Positions 7,318 through 15,990 of a stretch of DNA of 41,500 nt are shown piece after piece. The notes under the pieces were generated by a model. It was not told where the DNA came from and made no database searches. It was given only the letters and a program-made list of their open reading frames with translations. Both the position numbers and the translations under genes were made by a program. The stretch is from IMG/VR virus record IMGVR_UViG_3300030095_006592, positions 1-41,500 of that record; one strand, written 5' to 3'. Within the stretch, counting starts at the first letter, position 1; every line of letters starts with the position of its first letter. This DNA is from a virus (Duplodnaviria > Caudoviricetes).

Positions 7318-7847
7318 TGGAAAAGAAAACAATAATCTTTGACTTAGATGGCACTCTTGCTCTTGTAGATAAGAGGGTTCAGAAGTCTTTGATACCAACT
7401 GAATCTTCAACTGATGGTGAGGGTATGGATTGGGATATATTCTTTGATGGTCATAATGTATTGACATTAGATGAGCCAAATTATCCTGTGATTTCTATGG
7501 CTCAGATGTATTATGAAAAAGGTTTTAATATAGTTATATTTAGTGGTAGAAATGATAGGTCTTATGAGGAGACTCAACAATGGTTAGAGGAATATGAAGT
7601 TCCTTATAACTTATTGGTTTTAAGACCTGATAAGTTTCAGAGTGATTCTTATCCTATCGCTAGAGGAAATCCAGCGACACCTGAGATGAGACATATGCCA
7701 GATGAGATATTAAAGAAGGCTATGATTGATAAGTTTGTCGATATTGATGATGTCTTTATGACAGTTGATGACAGACAGAAGGTTGTGGATATGTGGAGAA
7801 GTTTAGGTTTAACCTGTTTTCAGGTTGCACCAGGAGATTTTAAGTAA
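7317..7847 (+). CDS. HAD-family phosphatase, T4 PseT (polynucleotide 3'-phosphatase) C-terminal-domain-like
   Basis: FDLDGTLA, FSGR, DDRQKVVDMWRSLGLTCFQVAPGDF. Confidence 0.88.
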   Translation: MEKKTIIFDLDGTLALVDKRVQKSLIPTESSTDGEGMDWDIFFDGHNVLTLDEPNYPVISMAQMYYEKGFNIVIFSGRNDRSYEETQQWLEEYEVPYNLLVLRPDKFQSDSYPIARGNPATPEMRHMPDEILKKAMIDKFVDIDDVFMTVDDRQKVVDMWRSLGLTCFQVAPGDFK

Positions 7848-7964
7848 TTTGAGTGTTCACTAATGGTTCTCGAGCGCCAGCCGGTAGAAGTCCGGTTTCC
7901 ACATTGGTTAATAATTGCCGTCCATGGAATGTGGGTTAAGTTAGTGACACTCGAATTATTTTTT
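7845..7964 (+). ncRNA. candidate structured RNA of unknown class
   Basis: 19-bp closing stem (7845-7864 with 7940-7958; one bulge, two G:U) enclosing GCCGG-TAGAAGT-CCGGT and CCACATT/AATGTGG helices, followed by T6; 48% GC over 7851-7950. Confidence 0.6.
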
Positions 7965-8015
7965 AAAAATTAAAAATAAAATTGTATTTGAGAAATTATA
8001 TACATATATATTATT

Positions 8016-8087
8016 GCGAGTGAAGTGTTATAGGAAACACACTTCCTTTCCAAGGAAGAGATGGGAGTTCGACTCTCCCCACTCGCT
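8016..8087 (+). tRNA. tRNA-Gly(TCC)
   Basis: Cloverleaf: GCGAGTG/CACTCGC, GTGT/ACAC, CTTCC-TTTCCAA-GGAAG (anticodon 8049-8051), GGGAG-TTCGACT-CTCCC; U73 discriminator; no encoded CCA. Confidence 0.95.
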
Positions 8088-8145
8088 CAACATTTGGCCA
8101 GCTAGGCTATTTACTAATTGATAATTAAATAAAGAGAGTAACAAT

Positions 8146-9339
8146 ATGGGATTCGGAGATTTTTTTGACGAACCAAAATTCGACTTTGAGAAAGAGCGCA
8201 AAGCTTTTGTAGACAACCTCAATTTATTAAAAACAATGTCAGTACAGGAACAGACACTTTATAAGAAGTGGCAAGAGTTTAATGCTGATGTTTATTCTAT
8301 GACACAAAAAGCATCTAAGTTCAATAGGATTAATAATTCTATTTGGGTGCCTACCGATATTAACAATAAAGAACAAACCATTAAAGAGATTGAAGCATTA
8401 GAACCTATCGTTGAGATGTTAGAACAGGGTAATACTAAGGATAATGAGACTTGGACTTTGGTTCGTAGGCTCATTCACACTATGGAATTTACTGCTAATC
8501 CAGGCAGAAATATTAAATTTTTTATTAAGGATAAGATAACCAATAAACTATTAGGTGTTGTATGTTTAGGTTCTGATGTAACCTCATTAGGAGCTAGGGA
8601 TAACTTCATCGGTTGGACTAAGGATAATAAATTTAAAGATGGTAAGCTCAAGCATACATCTATCGGTACAACCATATGTTGCGCTCAACCATTAGGTTAT
8701 AACTTCTTAGGTGGTAAGTTGGTAGCCGCTTTGGTTACAACATCTGTGGTTAGGGATGCTTGGAAGAAACTATATGGTCAGACATTGGTTGGGCTATCTA
8801 CCACTTCCTTATATGGTATTCATTCTATGTATAACTCTATTCCACTTTGGAAAACTTTAGGTTCTTCTAAGGGTAGGATTGCATTAAAGCCCGATGACGC
8901 AACCTATGAGATATGGCATGATTGGTTAAAAGAAAACCAAAAGGATGAGTATCTAAGACAGACCACACAGAAGGATGGTGTAGCAGGTCCTCCAACAGGT
9001 GTAAAACAAAAGACAATCAATATGATTTTTAGAGCAGTTGGTGTAAAGGCTTCTAACTATATGCACGGATTTAAGCGTGGTATCTTCTATGCTGATATCT
9101 ATGAGAATGGTAAGGAGTTTTTACGTGGTGAGATAGAAGAGAAAGATTTGAAGATGAGAGCTAAGTATAATGATGATAGTGATTACGTTATGAGGTGGTG
9201 GAAACCAAAGGCTATCAGAAGATATACTAAGTTATTTGATGAAGGCAGACTTAAACCAGAGAAGTTATTTTACGGCGATATCGTAGGTAAGACTTGGGAA
9301 GAAACAAAACAACAATATTTAGGAGAAGTTGGGAGATAA
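8146..9339 (+). CDS. DUF4338 / DruA-like protein
   Basis: NPGRNIKFFIKD..T.KLLGVVCLGSD...ARD.FIGW, QPLGYNFLGGKLVA and TTSLYG..SMYN motifs. Confidence 0.75.
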   Translation: MGFGDFFDEPKFDFEKERKAFVDNLNLLKTMSVQEQTLYKKWQEFNADVYSMTQKASKFNRINNSIWVPTDINNKEQTIKEIEALEPIVEMLEQGNTKDNETWTLVRRLIHTMEFTANPGRNIKFFIKDKITNKLLGVVCLGSDVTSLGARDNFIGWTKDNKFKDGKLKHTSIGTTICCAQPLGYNFLGGKLVAALVTTSVVRDAWKKLYGQTLVGLSTTSLYGIHSMYNSIPLWKTLGSSKGRIALKPDDATYEIWHDWLKENQKDEYLRQTTQKDGVAGPPTGVKQKTINMIFRAVGVKASNYMHGFKRGIFYADIYENGKEFLRGEIEEKDLKMRAKYNDDSDYVMRWWKPKAIRRYTKLFDEGRLKPEKLFYGDIVGKTWEETKQQYLGEVGR

Positions 9340-9340
9340 T

Positions 9341-10885
9341 ATGGCATATAAAAATGAAACAATAGCAGCAAGTTTAATATTTAAAAAATGGAAAGAATTT
9401 CAAAATAATAATTTAAAAATTAAAGTGCTCAATTTAATTGGGAAGTTGCAGGCTGGTAAAACAGGAACAGTAAAAGTTGCTTTAAGACTAATATCTGATG
9501 TATGGGATGAACAAACAAATTCACAGGAATTTGGAATTACTGTATTGACAACATACCCACTAAAAGATTTGAATAGTCAAATTGCAAGAGATTATGGAGA
9601 GTTAGATGATATTGTAGATATTAAAAGAATAACAATCATTGATAATGCAATAAAAAAAGACTATTTAGGTAAAAACAAAAAAGTTTTAGACTCAATAAAA
9701 GGTGGTATAGTAGTAATAGATGAGGCTGAATATGGTGTTGGCAACGAAGGTAGAGTTCAAAGATTGCTTGATTATTTAGTAAGCTCTAACAATTCATTCT
9801 TTTTTATATTCGTAGGTGCTACAAACTATAGTTTACAGGACTCAGTAGAAACATCAAATTGTACATTTCAAGTAAGTAATGTTATAATAGAACCTGGCGA
9901 AAATTACAGAGGAATTGAAAAATTTTGGGAATCGGATAAATTTATTAATCTCGATGGTAAATCACATAAATTTAATGGACCTTTACCTCAGTTTGTTTTA
10001 GAAGCTTTAGATAAGGAAATAAAAACTAATAGTAATGGAGTTTATTTTTTAAGAGCTAATCAGACACAATGGGCGGATGAATGGGAAGGTCAATTAAAGA
10101 AAGTGTATGAAGATGATGAATACAATGTTGTAGTAAGTTCTATTCACACAGGCGGAAAAGACAAAGACAAAAGGGAAAGTAATCTTACACCAGCAATTAA
10201 AAGTGCTTTAAAAGGTGGCAAGTTTAGAAATCAGATAATAATTGTAGTTGGTTCTCTGAGTGCTGGCTTTACAACTCATCCTAATATAAAAAAGTATTTT
10301 AGATTTGGACTTGAGCATAACCTAAGTTCAAAAGCAGGAGCAGTTCAAGGAATACCAGGTAGAATGTGTGGCTATAATTTACCCTATATGCCTACAATAA
10401 TAGCATCAAAATCGGCATTTGAAGAATACTTAAATTATCACAAATGTATAAGAAGTGGCGAAGATTACAAGCCAAATGGTAACGCATCAACACAACTTAA
10501 AGGAATGAATCAGATTCAAACGCATGTAGATTGTAAGTTAATAGAGGAATTTCATATAAGTAAAGATAAGGACATTATGAAAAAATATGGTCTTATAATA
10601 AGGGGTGATGGTGCAAATTGTAACACTAAAAAAGAAGATGTGAAAGGTGATAAGACAAAAAGAACTTGGAAAAAAGCTGTTAGTGAAACTAAAAAAGATA
10701 ATCCTAATTATACATACATTACTTGGCTTGCTCGATTTAAAGGAACTGGTAAAGAGTACATTATGAGAGATTTCACAATATTAAAATGGAAGAGTGGAAA
10801 GTGTCAGCTTTGGAAAAAGACTGGAGTGGAAGAGTCTGTAATAGTTCATACAACAAAAAACAGTTCAGTTTTTGCTCAAGCATAA
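9341..10885 (+). CDS. SF2 (DExx-box) helicase-like ATPase
   Basis: Walker A GKLQAGKTG, Walker B IDEAE, motif III VGAT, motif V SLSAG, motif VI QGIPGRMCGY; ATG 9341 after GGAG. Confidence 0.8.
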   Translation: MAYKNETIAASLIFKKWKEFQNNNLKIKVLNLIGKLQAGKTGTVKVALRLISDVWDEQTNSQEFGITVLTTYPLKDLNSQIARDYGELDDIVDIKRITIIDNAIKKDYLGKNKKVLDSIKGGIVVIDEAEYGVGNEGRVQRLLDYLVSSNNSFFFIFVGATNYSLQDSVETSNCTFQVSNVIIEPGENYRGIEKFWESDKFINLDGKSHKFNGPLPQFVLEALDKEIKTNSNGVYFLRANQTQWADEWEGQLKKVYEDDEYNVVVSSIHTGGKDKDKRESNLTPAIKSALKGGKFRNQIIIVVGSLSAGFTTHPNIKKYFRFGLEHNLSSKAGAVQGIPGRMCGYNLPYMPTIIASKSAFEEYLNYHKCIRSGEDYKPNGNASTQLKGMNQIQTHVDCKLIEEFHISKDKDIMKKYGLIIRGDGANCNTKKEDVKGDKTKRTWKKAVSETKKDNPNYTYITWLARFKGTGKEYIMRDFTILKWKSGKCQLWKKTGVEESVIVHTTKNSSVFAQA

Positions 10886-10921
10886 AAAAGTCTTGACTTG
10901 TATTAAAATATTGTGTATATT
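10884..10921 (+). promoter_or_regulatory. sigma70-type early promoter of the R-M pair
   Basis: A-tract, TTGACT (10893-10898), 17-nt spacer, TATATT (10916-10921). Confidence 0.8.
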
Positions 10922-10958
10922 AAGTTACAAAAAAACAATACTTAGGGGAAGTGGGGAG

Positions 10959-11675
10959 ATGACACAATCAGATAGTTTAAGAAATCGAAAAGAACAGCAT
11001 GGTTTAAAAAATACGACATCTAAATTTCAAGAAAAAGATATGACGATTGCTATTGACTCTACTTTATTTTGGTTGAAATCAGAATACCCAAATTATGAGT
11101 TTGGTTGGCAAAAGAAACTCATGATAAAAACACTTTATAGTATTCTTAGGAATCAATATGGTCTTAAAAATGTTTACTTAGAAGGTGTTAAAGAGAATAC
11201 ATTTCTTACACCAGATAGTGGTTTTATTTATGTAATCATAGGTGGGGTTAAGTATTTTTTATTGATAGGTGAACAAAAAACACAAGGTACTAATGATAAG
11301 AGATTATCGGAAGGGAAGAAAAGACAAGCACTGGGAAACGCTGTGGAAAGAGTTGCTAAAAATTTAAATGCTTTAGATTTACTTTTCAAAAAAGAGGATA
11401 TATTACCTTTTGTAGCATTTTTTCAAGGTTGTGACTTTAATGATTTTGAAACAATTCCTGATAGAGTAATTATGTGTTTTAAAGGATTAAAGAAGAACAA
11501 TGTCAATTTATTTAAAGATGAATTGGATAGGGCAGGTTCGTATTATATGAGAGGACACAAATGGGATGAAGGTACTTATGGTGAAAGTGATTGGTCAATT
11601 AAAGAAATGCGTAATATATTCATCAATATTTCTAAAACAAGTTTAAAATATTATAAGGATAAATATGGTAAATAA
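10959..11675 (+). CDS. EcoRI-family type II restriction endonuclease
   Basis: PD...EQK catalytic motif (TPDSG...GEQKTQG), GNAVER (EcoRI GNAIER), PFVAFFQGCDF, C-terminal W...EM..I...IS.TSL. Start moved to ATG 10959 downstream of the promoter. Confidence 0.85.
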   Translation: MTQSDSLRNRKEQHGLKNTTSKFQEKDMTIAIDSTLFWLKSEYPNYEFGWQKKLMIKTLYSILRNQYGLKNVYLEGVKENTFLTPDSGFIYVIIGGVKYFLLIGEQKTQGTNDKRLSEGKKRQALGNAVERVAKNLNALDLLFKKEDILPFVAFFQGCDFNDFETIPDRVIMCFKGLKKNNVNLFKDELDRAGSYYMRGHKWDEGTYGESDWSIKEMRNIFINISKTSLKYYKDKYGK

Positions 11676-12783
11676 TCAACTAATACTTCCCTTTATGGAA
11701 AATAAGTATTATTTAACTAAACAACTCATAACTTACATAGGTAATAAACGAAAATTATTAAGTTTCATAGGGAGTTCCGTACTTGATATACAAACTGAAT
11801 TAGGTCGAAAATTAACTATGTTTGATGGATTCGCTGGTTCAGGATGTGTTAGTAGATTATTCAAACAACATTCAACTAAGGTTATTTCCAATGATTTAGA
11901 ATCTTATTCGTGTATTATAAACAAGACATTTCTTAAAAATAGTGATACTATAGATTATAAAGAACTACAAGATATTATTGATGAACTCAATAGGAATAAG
12001 TTTACGGACAAATATGGTATTGGTATCATAGAGAAATTTTACGCACCAAAGGATACTAACAATATTCAGCTTGGTGAAAGATGTTTTTACACTAATGAAA
12101 ATGCTAAAATCATCGATAATATTAGAAGGTCTATTGATGATTATCCTAAATATAAAGATGTTTTACTTTCACTTTTATTATTAAAGGCTTCGGTACATAC
12201 CAATACCTCAGGTGTATTCAAAGGATTTTACAAATCAAGTAAAACCAATAAAGGTCAGTTTGGTGGTAATGGAAGAAATGCTCTTGAACGGATTATGGGA
12301 GAAATTAATCTTGAAAACATAGTTTTATCAAACTATGATTGTGATTCCGAAGTACATCAATCTGATACAAATGAGTTGGTTAAGGAATTGAAAGGATTGG
12401 ATGTTGCATATTATGATCCACCTTACAATCAACACCCGTATGGTTCAAATTATCATATGTTGAATACAATTGTGAATTATAAAGAACCTGTGGAAACTTC
12501 TAAGGTTTCAGGTATACCTACCGATTGGAATAAATCTCATTACAATAAAAGAGATTCTGCCATTAAATCATTGAATGAATTAATAAAAAACACAGACTCT
12601 AAGTATGTTTTATTAAGTTATAATAATGAAGGATTAATTACATCAGATGAGATACGAGACATATTGAGTAAATATGGAGAGGTTACTTTAAAAAAACAAA
12701 ACTACAATACTTTTCGTGGTAGTAGAAATCTCAAAAATAGAAATTTAAAAGTTAAAGAATTACTTTGGGTGTTAAAAAAATGA
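11665..12783 (+). CDS. N6-adenine DNA methyltransferase (D12/alpha class)
   Basis: TYIGNKRKLL, DGFAGSG (SAM binding), YYDPPYNQHPYGSNY (catalytic), LLSYNNEG; overlaps the endonuclease gene. Confidence 0.93.
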   Translation: MVNNQLILPFMENKYYLTKQLITYIGNKRKLLSFIGSSVLDIQTELGRKLTMFDGFAGSGCVSRLFKQHSTKVISNDLESYSCIINKTFLKNSDTIDYKELQDIIDELNRNKFTDKYGIGIIEKFYAPKDTNNIQLGERCFYTNENAKIIDNIRRSIDDYPKYKDVLLSLLLLKASVHTNTSGVFKGFYKSSKTNKGQFGGNGRNALERIMGEINLENIVLSNYDCDSEVHQSDTNELVKELKGLDVAYYDPPYNQHPYGSNYHMLNTIVNYKEPVETSKVSGIPTDWNKSHYNKRDSAIKSLNELIKNTDSKYVLLSYNNEGLITSDEIRDILSKYGEVTLKKQNYNTFRGSRNLKNRNLKVKELLWVLKK

Positions 12784-14123
12784 ACATATTCGATTTTACA
12801 ACAGATAAAGATTCCGATAAAGAATATCAGTATAAAATACTTGTATATCCAAACATCACATATATGCGTGATTTAGAAAAGGATTCTTATGTCGTAGTCT
12901 TGCGTAATGTAATCAAAGAACTTAATAAAGTTCGTGATGATATTCATTGGACAATAATGTCACCAGGTGATATTAAGAGTTTGACATTTGAGAATACAAC
13001 ACAGATTCCGATTAACATGCCATCTTATCCAAATGCTATGAGATGTCATTTTAATTATACGGAAATCAAAAATAATCTAAGATGGAAACATACAGATTAT
13101 GATGTGGTGTATTCTCATTTGCCAGAACATACATTGAATATGAGTAACCTATTAGAAAATGACACTAATATATCTCCTAAGTATGTTGGGTATTGTCATT
13201 GGTATGAAGTAGATGAGAATACAAATTATACTCAGCGTATGCTTATGGATAATTACAATGGTATGTTACAAATGGAAGAGTGTGGTGTAAACAGTATATG
13301 GTTGAAGGAATTGGTTTTGAAGAAAGCTAAACAATGGTATAATAAAGATACGATTGATAAATTAGATAAAATCATTCAGCCACATTATCTTGGTATAGAT
13401 AAAATTAATAATACAAAAGTTCCAACCAAAAAGAAAACTATTATCTTTAATCATAGGGATAATTACTACACAGGTTGGACATGGTTTGTAGATAGAATGG
13501 ATGAGCTATATAAAGAACGACAAGACTTTACTGTCTATACCACACTCGCGGACTTAGATAGGCCTTACTCAAAAAGAGTGAAGATAAGTGATAGAAATGA
13601 ATACTTAGATTTTATTCGTTCAATGCATATCGGTGTCGGTACTTTTCAAAAGTACTCTGCTTGGTCTATAGCAACTACTGATTCACTTAGTATGGGTGTT
13701 CCTTATATTTTGCCAAATAAGCTATGTTACCCCGAAATGGTTGGAAAAGAATACCCACTACTATACGATGGTAAGGATGAATTTTTGAAGAAGATAAACG
13801 GAGCGTTAGACGGCGATGGTAGTGTAGATAAAGCTAAGACTTACCTAAAATCAAAGATACATGAGTTTCCGTGGGCCAGTAGAGTTCCTCAATGGTTTAA
13901 TGATTGGAACTTTTTACAACCCGATGCGTTTGATATTATAGGAGAAAAAAGTAAATCTTATCATAAGATAGTAGATTTCATTCACAAAAAAAAATCGGTT
14001 ACCAAAAAAGAAATATTGGATTTTCTTGGTTGGGGTGTTAGAATATCATTCAGTCCTTACAGAAATAGATTAAGAAAAGAAGATACAATTAGGTTTACAA
14101 AAAATAGATATGAGGTTATATAA
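12780..14123 (+). CDS. GT-B fold glycosyltransferase, possibly DNA-modifying
   Basis: YDVVYSHLPE, IIFNHR...YTG, WSIATTDSLSMGVPYILP...YPEM (GT4-like C-terminal motif); ATGA coupling to the MTase. Confidence 0.75.
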   Translation: MNIFDFTTDKDSDKEYQYKILVYPNITYMRDLEKDSYVVVLRNVIKELNKVRDDIHWTIMSPGDIKSLTFENTTQIPINMPSYPNAMRCHFNYTEIKNNLRWKHTDYDVVYSHLPEHTLNMSNLLENDTNISPKYVGYCHWYEVDENTNYTQRMLMDNYNGMLQMEECGVNSIWLKELVLKKAKQWYNKDTIDKLDKIIQPHYLGIDKINNTKVPTKKKTIIFNHRDNYYTGWTWFVDRMDELYKERQDFTVYTTLADLDRPYSKRVKISDRNEYLDFIRSMHIGVGTFQKYSAWSIATTDSLSMGVPYILPNKLCYPEMVGKEYPLLYDGKDEFLKKINGALDGDGSVDKAKTYLKSKIHEFPWASRVPQWFNDWNFLQPDAFDIIGEKSKSYHKIVDFIHKKKSVTKKEILDFLGWGVRISFSPYRNRLRKEDTIRFTKNRYEVI

Positions 14124-14909
14124 ATGAAACAACTTACAGAACAACAGATATTGGATAATTGGAACAATCTAATGCAACTTATAAGGGATACATTCACAGG
14201 TGATCGTAGGGATAACCTATTGAATATGTATAAGTACTTTGAGGATAGGATGTCGGTGGCACCTGCTAGTGGTAAAGCCGCTTATCATAACGCTATGGTC
14301 GGTGGTTATGTCGAACACGTATTGCATGTAACAAATTGTGCTTTGAAGATTAAGAAGTTATGGGAAGAGGATGGTGCTAAAATTAATTTTACAGATGAAG
14401 AATTAATATTTGCTGCTATGCACCATGACTTAGGTAAGGTAGGGGATTTAACAGAGGATTACTATATACCACAGGATTCGGAATGGCATCGTAAGAATAG
14501 GGGCGAGATATTTAAACATAATCCTAAGTTACAATATATGTCCGTAACGGATAGAGCGATTTATCTGCTTAATCATTTCGGTATTCAGATGTCGGAGTGG
14601 GAGTATATCGGATTAAGATTAACAGATGGATTGTATGAGGAAGCTAATAAGTCTTATCTGATGTCTTACAATCCGGATTGGTCTCTGAAATCTAACATAG
14701 CTTACATATTACATCAAGCAGATATGATGGCTACACACATTGAGTTTGATGAGTGGAATAGACTTGATGAGGAGACTAACACTAAGATAAGCGATAATAT
14801 TAAGAAAGCGGTTGGCTCTAAGGAAGAGACACCTAAACAGAATCCATCACCAAAGCTTAGTCAAAAATCAAATGATTTATTTGAAGAACTATTTGGAGAT
14901 AAGAAATGA
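14124..14909 (+). CDS. HD-domain phosphohydrolase (YhaM-like HD domain)
   Basis: APAS...YHNA..GGYVEH, HHDLGKVG, LHQAD. Confidence 0.85.
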   Translation: MKQLTEQQILDNWNNLMQLIRDTFTGDRRDNLLNMYKYFEDRMSVAPASGKAAYHNAMVGGYVEHVLHVTNCALKIKKLWEEDGAKINFTDEELIFAAMHHDLGKVGDLTEDYYIPQDSEWHRKNRGEIFKHNPKLQYMSVTDRAIYLLNHFGIQMSEWEYIGLRLTDGLYEEANKSYLMSYNPDWSLKSNIAYILHQADMMATHIEFDEWNRLDEETNTKISDNIKKAVGSKEETPKQNPSPKLSQKSNDLFEELFGDKK

Positions 14910-15166
14910 TATTAGAAATAATCCTTGTATTAATATCTCTTTTATTCGTAACTTCTTGTTATGTAATTTGGAATTTAACAACCAAAATAGAATTGTTAGA
15001 GGATTGGATAGAGGATTTTATAAATACAGTTGAAAAGGTAAATTCTGATTTAAAAAAGGCTGATTACAGGGGTTCGTTTGAGGCTGATGATGAGGTAGGA
15101 TTTATATTTAAGGAAATTAAAAACACAATAAAACAACTAGATAAGTTCAAAGGAGAACAACAATAA
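14906..15166 (+). CDS. small membrane-anchored protein
   Basis: N-terminal TM segment, then FEADDEVG..FKEIK; coupled on both sides. Confidence 0.75.
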   Translation: MILEIILVLISLLFVTSCYVIWNLTTKIELLEDWIEDFINTVEKVNSDLKKADYRGSFEADDEVGFIFKEIKNTIKQLDKFKGEQQ

Positions 15167-15948
15167 TGGCAACAGCAGTATCATCATCTAAAAATGAAAA
15201 AGTGGTACAAGTAAAACCTAAGAAGAAGAGGGCTAAAAAGAAAAAGAATTATTATTTCCATCAAGGCACAGAGGATGCTATAATTTTATATAACAAATCA
15301 ACAGATTATCATGAGAGGAATAAGATATATAATGAACATATCCGAGCCGCTTTTGATAAGTTGGCTGAGAATATCATTCATACATTTAAGTTTTATTACT
15401 TCGATAGTAATTCTATTGAGGTTAAAAATGAGGTGGTTGCTTTCTTAGTTATGAATATTCATAAGTTTAAAGAGGGTAAGGGTAAAGCATTCTCATACTT
15501 TAGCATTGTGGCAAAAAACTATCTGATTCTTAATAACAATAAGAATTATAAGATGGGAAAGATTCATGATAAGATAGATGTTATCGATTATAAGAGAAAT
15601 ATAGTTGGTGAGGAGAGCGCCAAAAAGCGTTCAGAGGTAAACTCCCTTTATACAGATGAGTTGGTTAGATTTTGGGAACATAACCTAACTAACATATTCC
15701 GTAGAAATAAGGATATAAAGGTTGCTGATTCAGTTTTACATTTGTTTCGTATAAAGCAGAACTTAGAAAACTTTAATAAGAAAGCCCTATACATTTTAAT
15801 CCGTGAGATGACGGGATCTAATACCCAACATATAACTCGCATTGTAAATGTTATGAAAAAGTATAATAACAGATTGTATAATGAGTTTGATAAAAAAGGT
15901 ATAGTAGATATTGAATATACCGGCTCTTTAATTAGAGAAGAAAACTAA
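15166..15948 (+). CDS. phage sigma factor, T4 gp55-like
   Basis: KLAENIIH.FKFYY...E...FL...IHKF...KGKAFSYFSIVAKNYLI resembles sigma region 2 of gp55-type factors; helical C-terminus. Confidence 0.65.
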   Translation: MATAVSSSKNEKVVQVKPKKKRAKKKKNYYFHQGTEDAIILYNKSTDYHERNKIYNEHIRAAFDKLAENIIHTFKFYYFDSNSIEVKNEVVAFLVMNIHKFKEGKGKAFSYFSIVAKNYLILNNNKNYKMGKIHDKIDVIDYKRNIVGEESAKKRSEVNSLYTDELVRFWEHNLTNIFRRNKDIKVADSVLHLFRIKQNLENFNKKALYILIREMTGSNTQHITRIVNVMKKYNNRLYNEFDKKGIVDIEYTGSLIREEN

Positions 15949-15979
15949 AAAAAAAGGGGAGCAAAAGCTCCCCCTTTTT
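15947..15979. terminator. bidirectional intrinsic terminator
   Basis: A-tract, GGGGAGC-AAAA-GCTCCCC, T-tract between convergent genes. Confidence 0.9.
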
Positions 15980-15990
15980 GTTTTTTAGAA

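Noticed and set aside
7880-7896. Cobalamin/FMN riboswitch or RNase P fragment suggested by the T-loop hairpin
   Set aside because: Flanking conserved elements (GGGAA and B12 box, AGGAU, GAGGAAAGUCC) are absent.
7858-7946. Twister ribozyme resemblance (CUAA...GCCGGU..AAG.CCGG)
   Set aside because: The P2 helix, the 3' GAG-containing L1 strand and the two twister pseudoknot pairings cannot be formed, and the loop is one nt short.
8028-8222. Minus-strand 64-aa ORF
   Set aside because: Antisense shadow of the tRNA and the DUF4338 gene start.
8146-10885. Canonical Druantia system
   Set aside because: No DruB/C/D, and the helicase is far too short for DruE with no Cys-containing DUF1998-like C-terminus.
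10872-10958. N-terminal extension of the endonuclease from the TTG start
   Set aside because: It spans the promoter; ATG 10959 follows a purine-rich RBS and fits EcoRI-family length.
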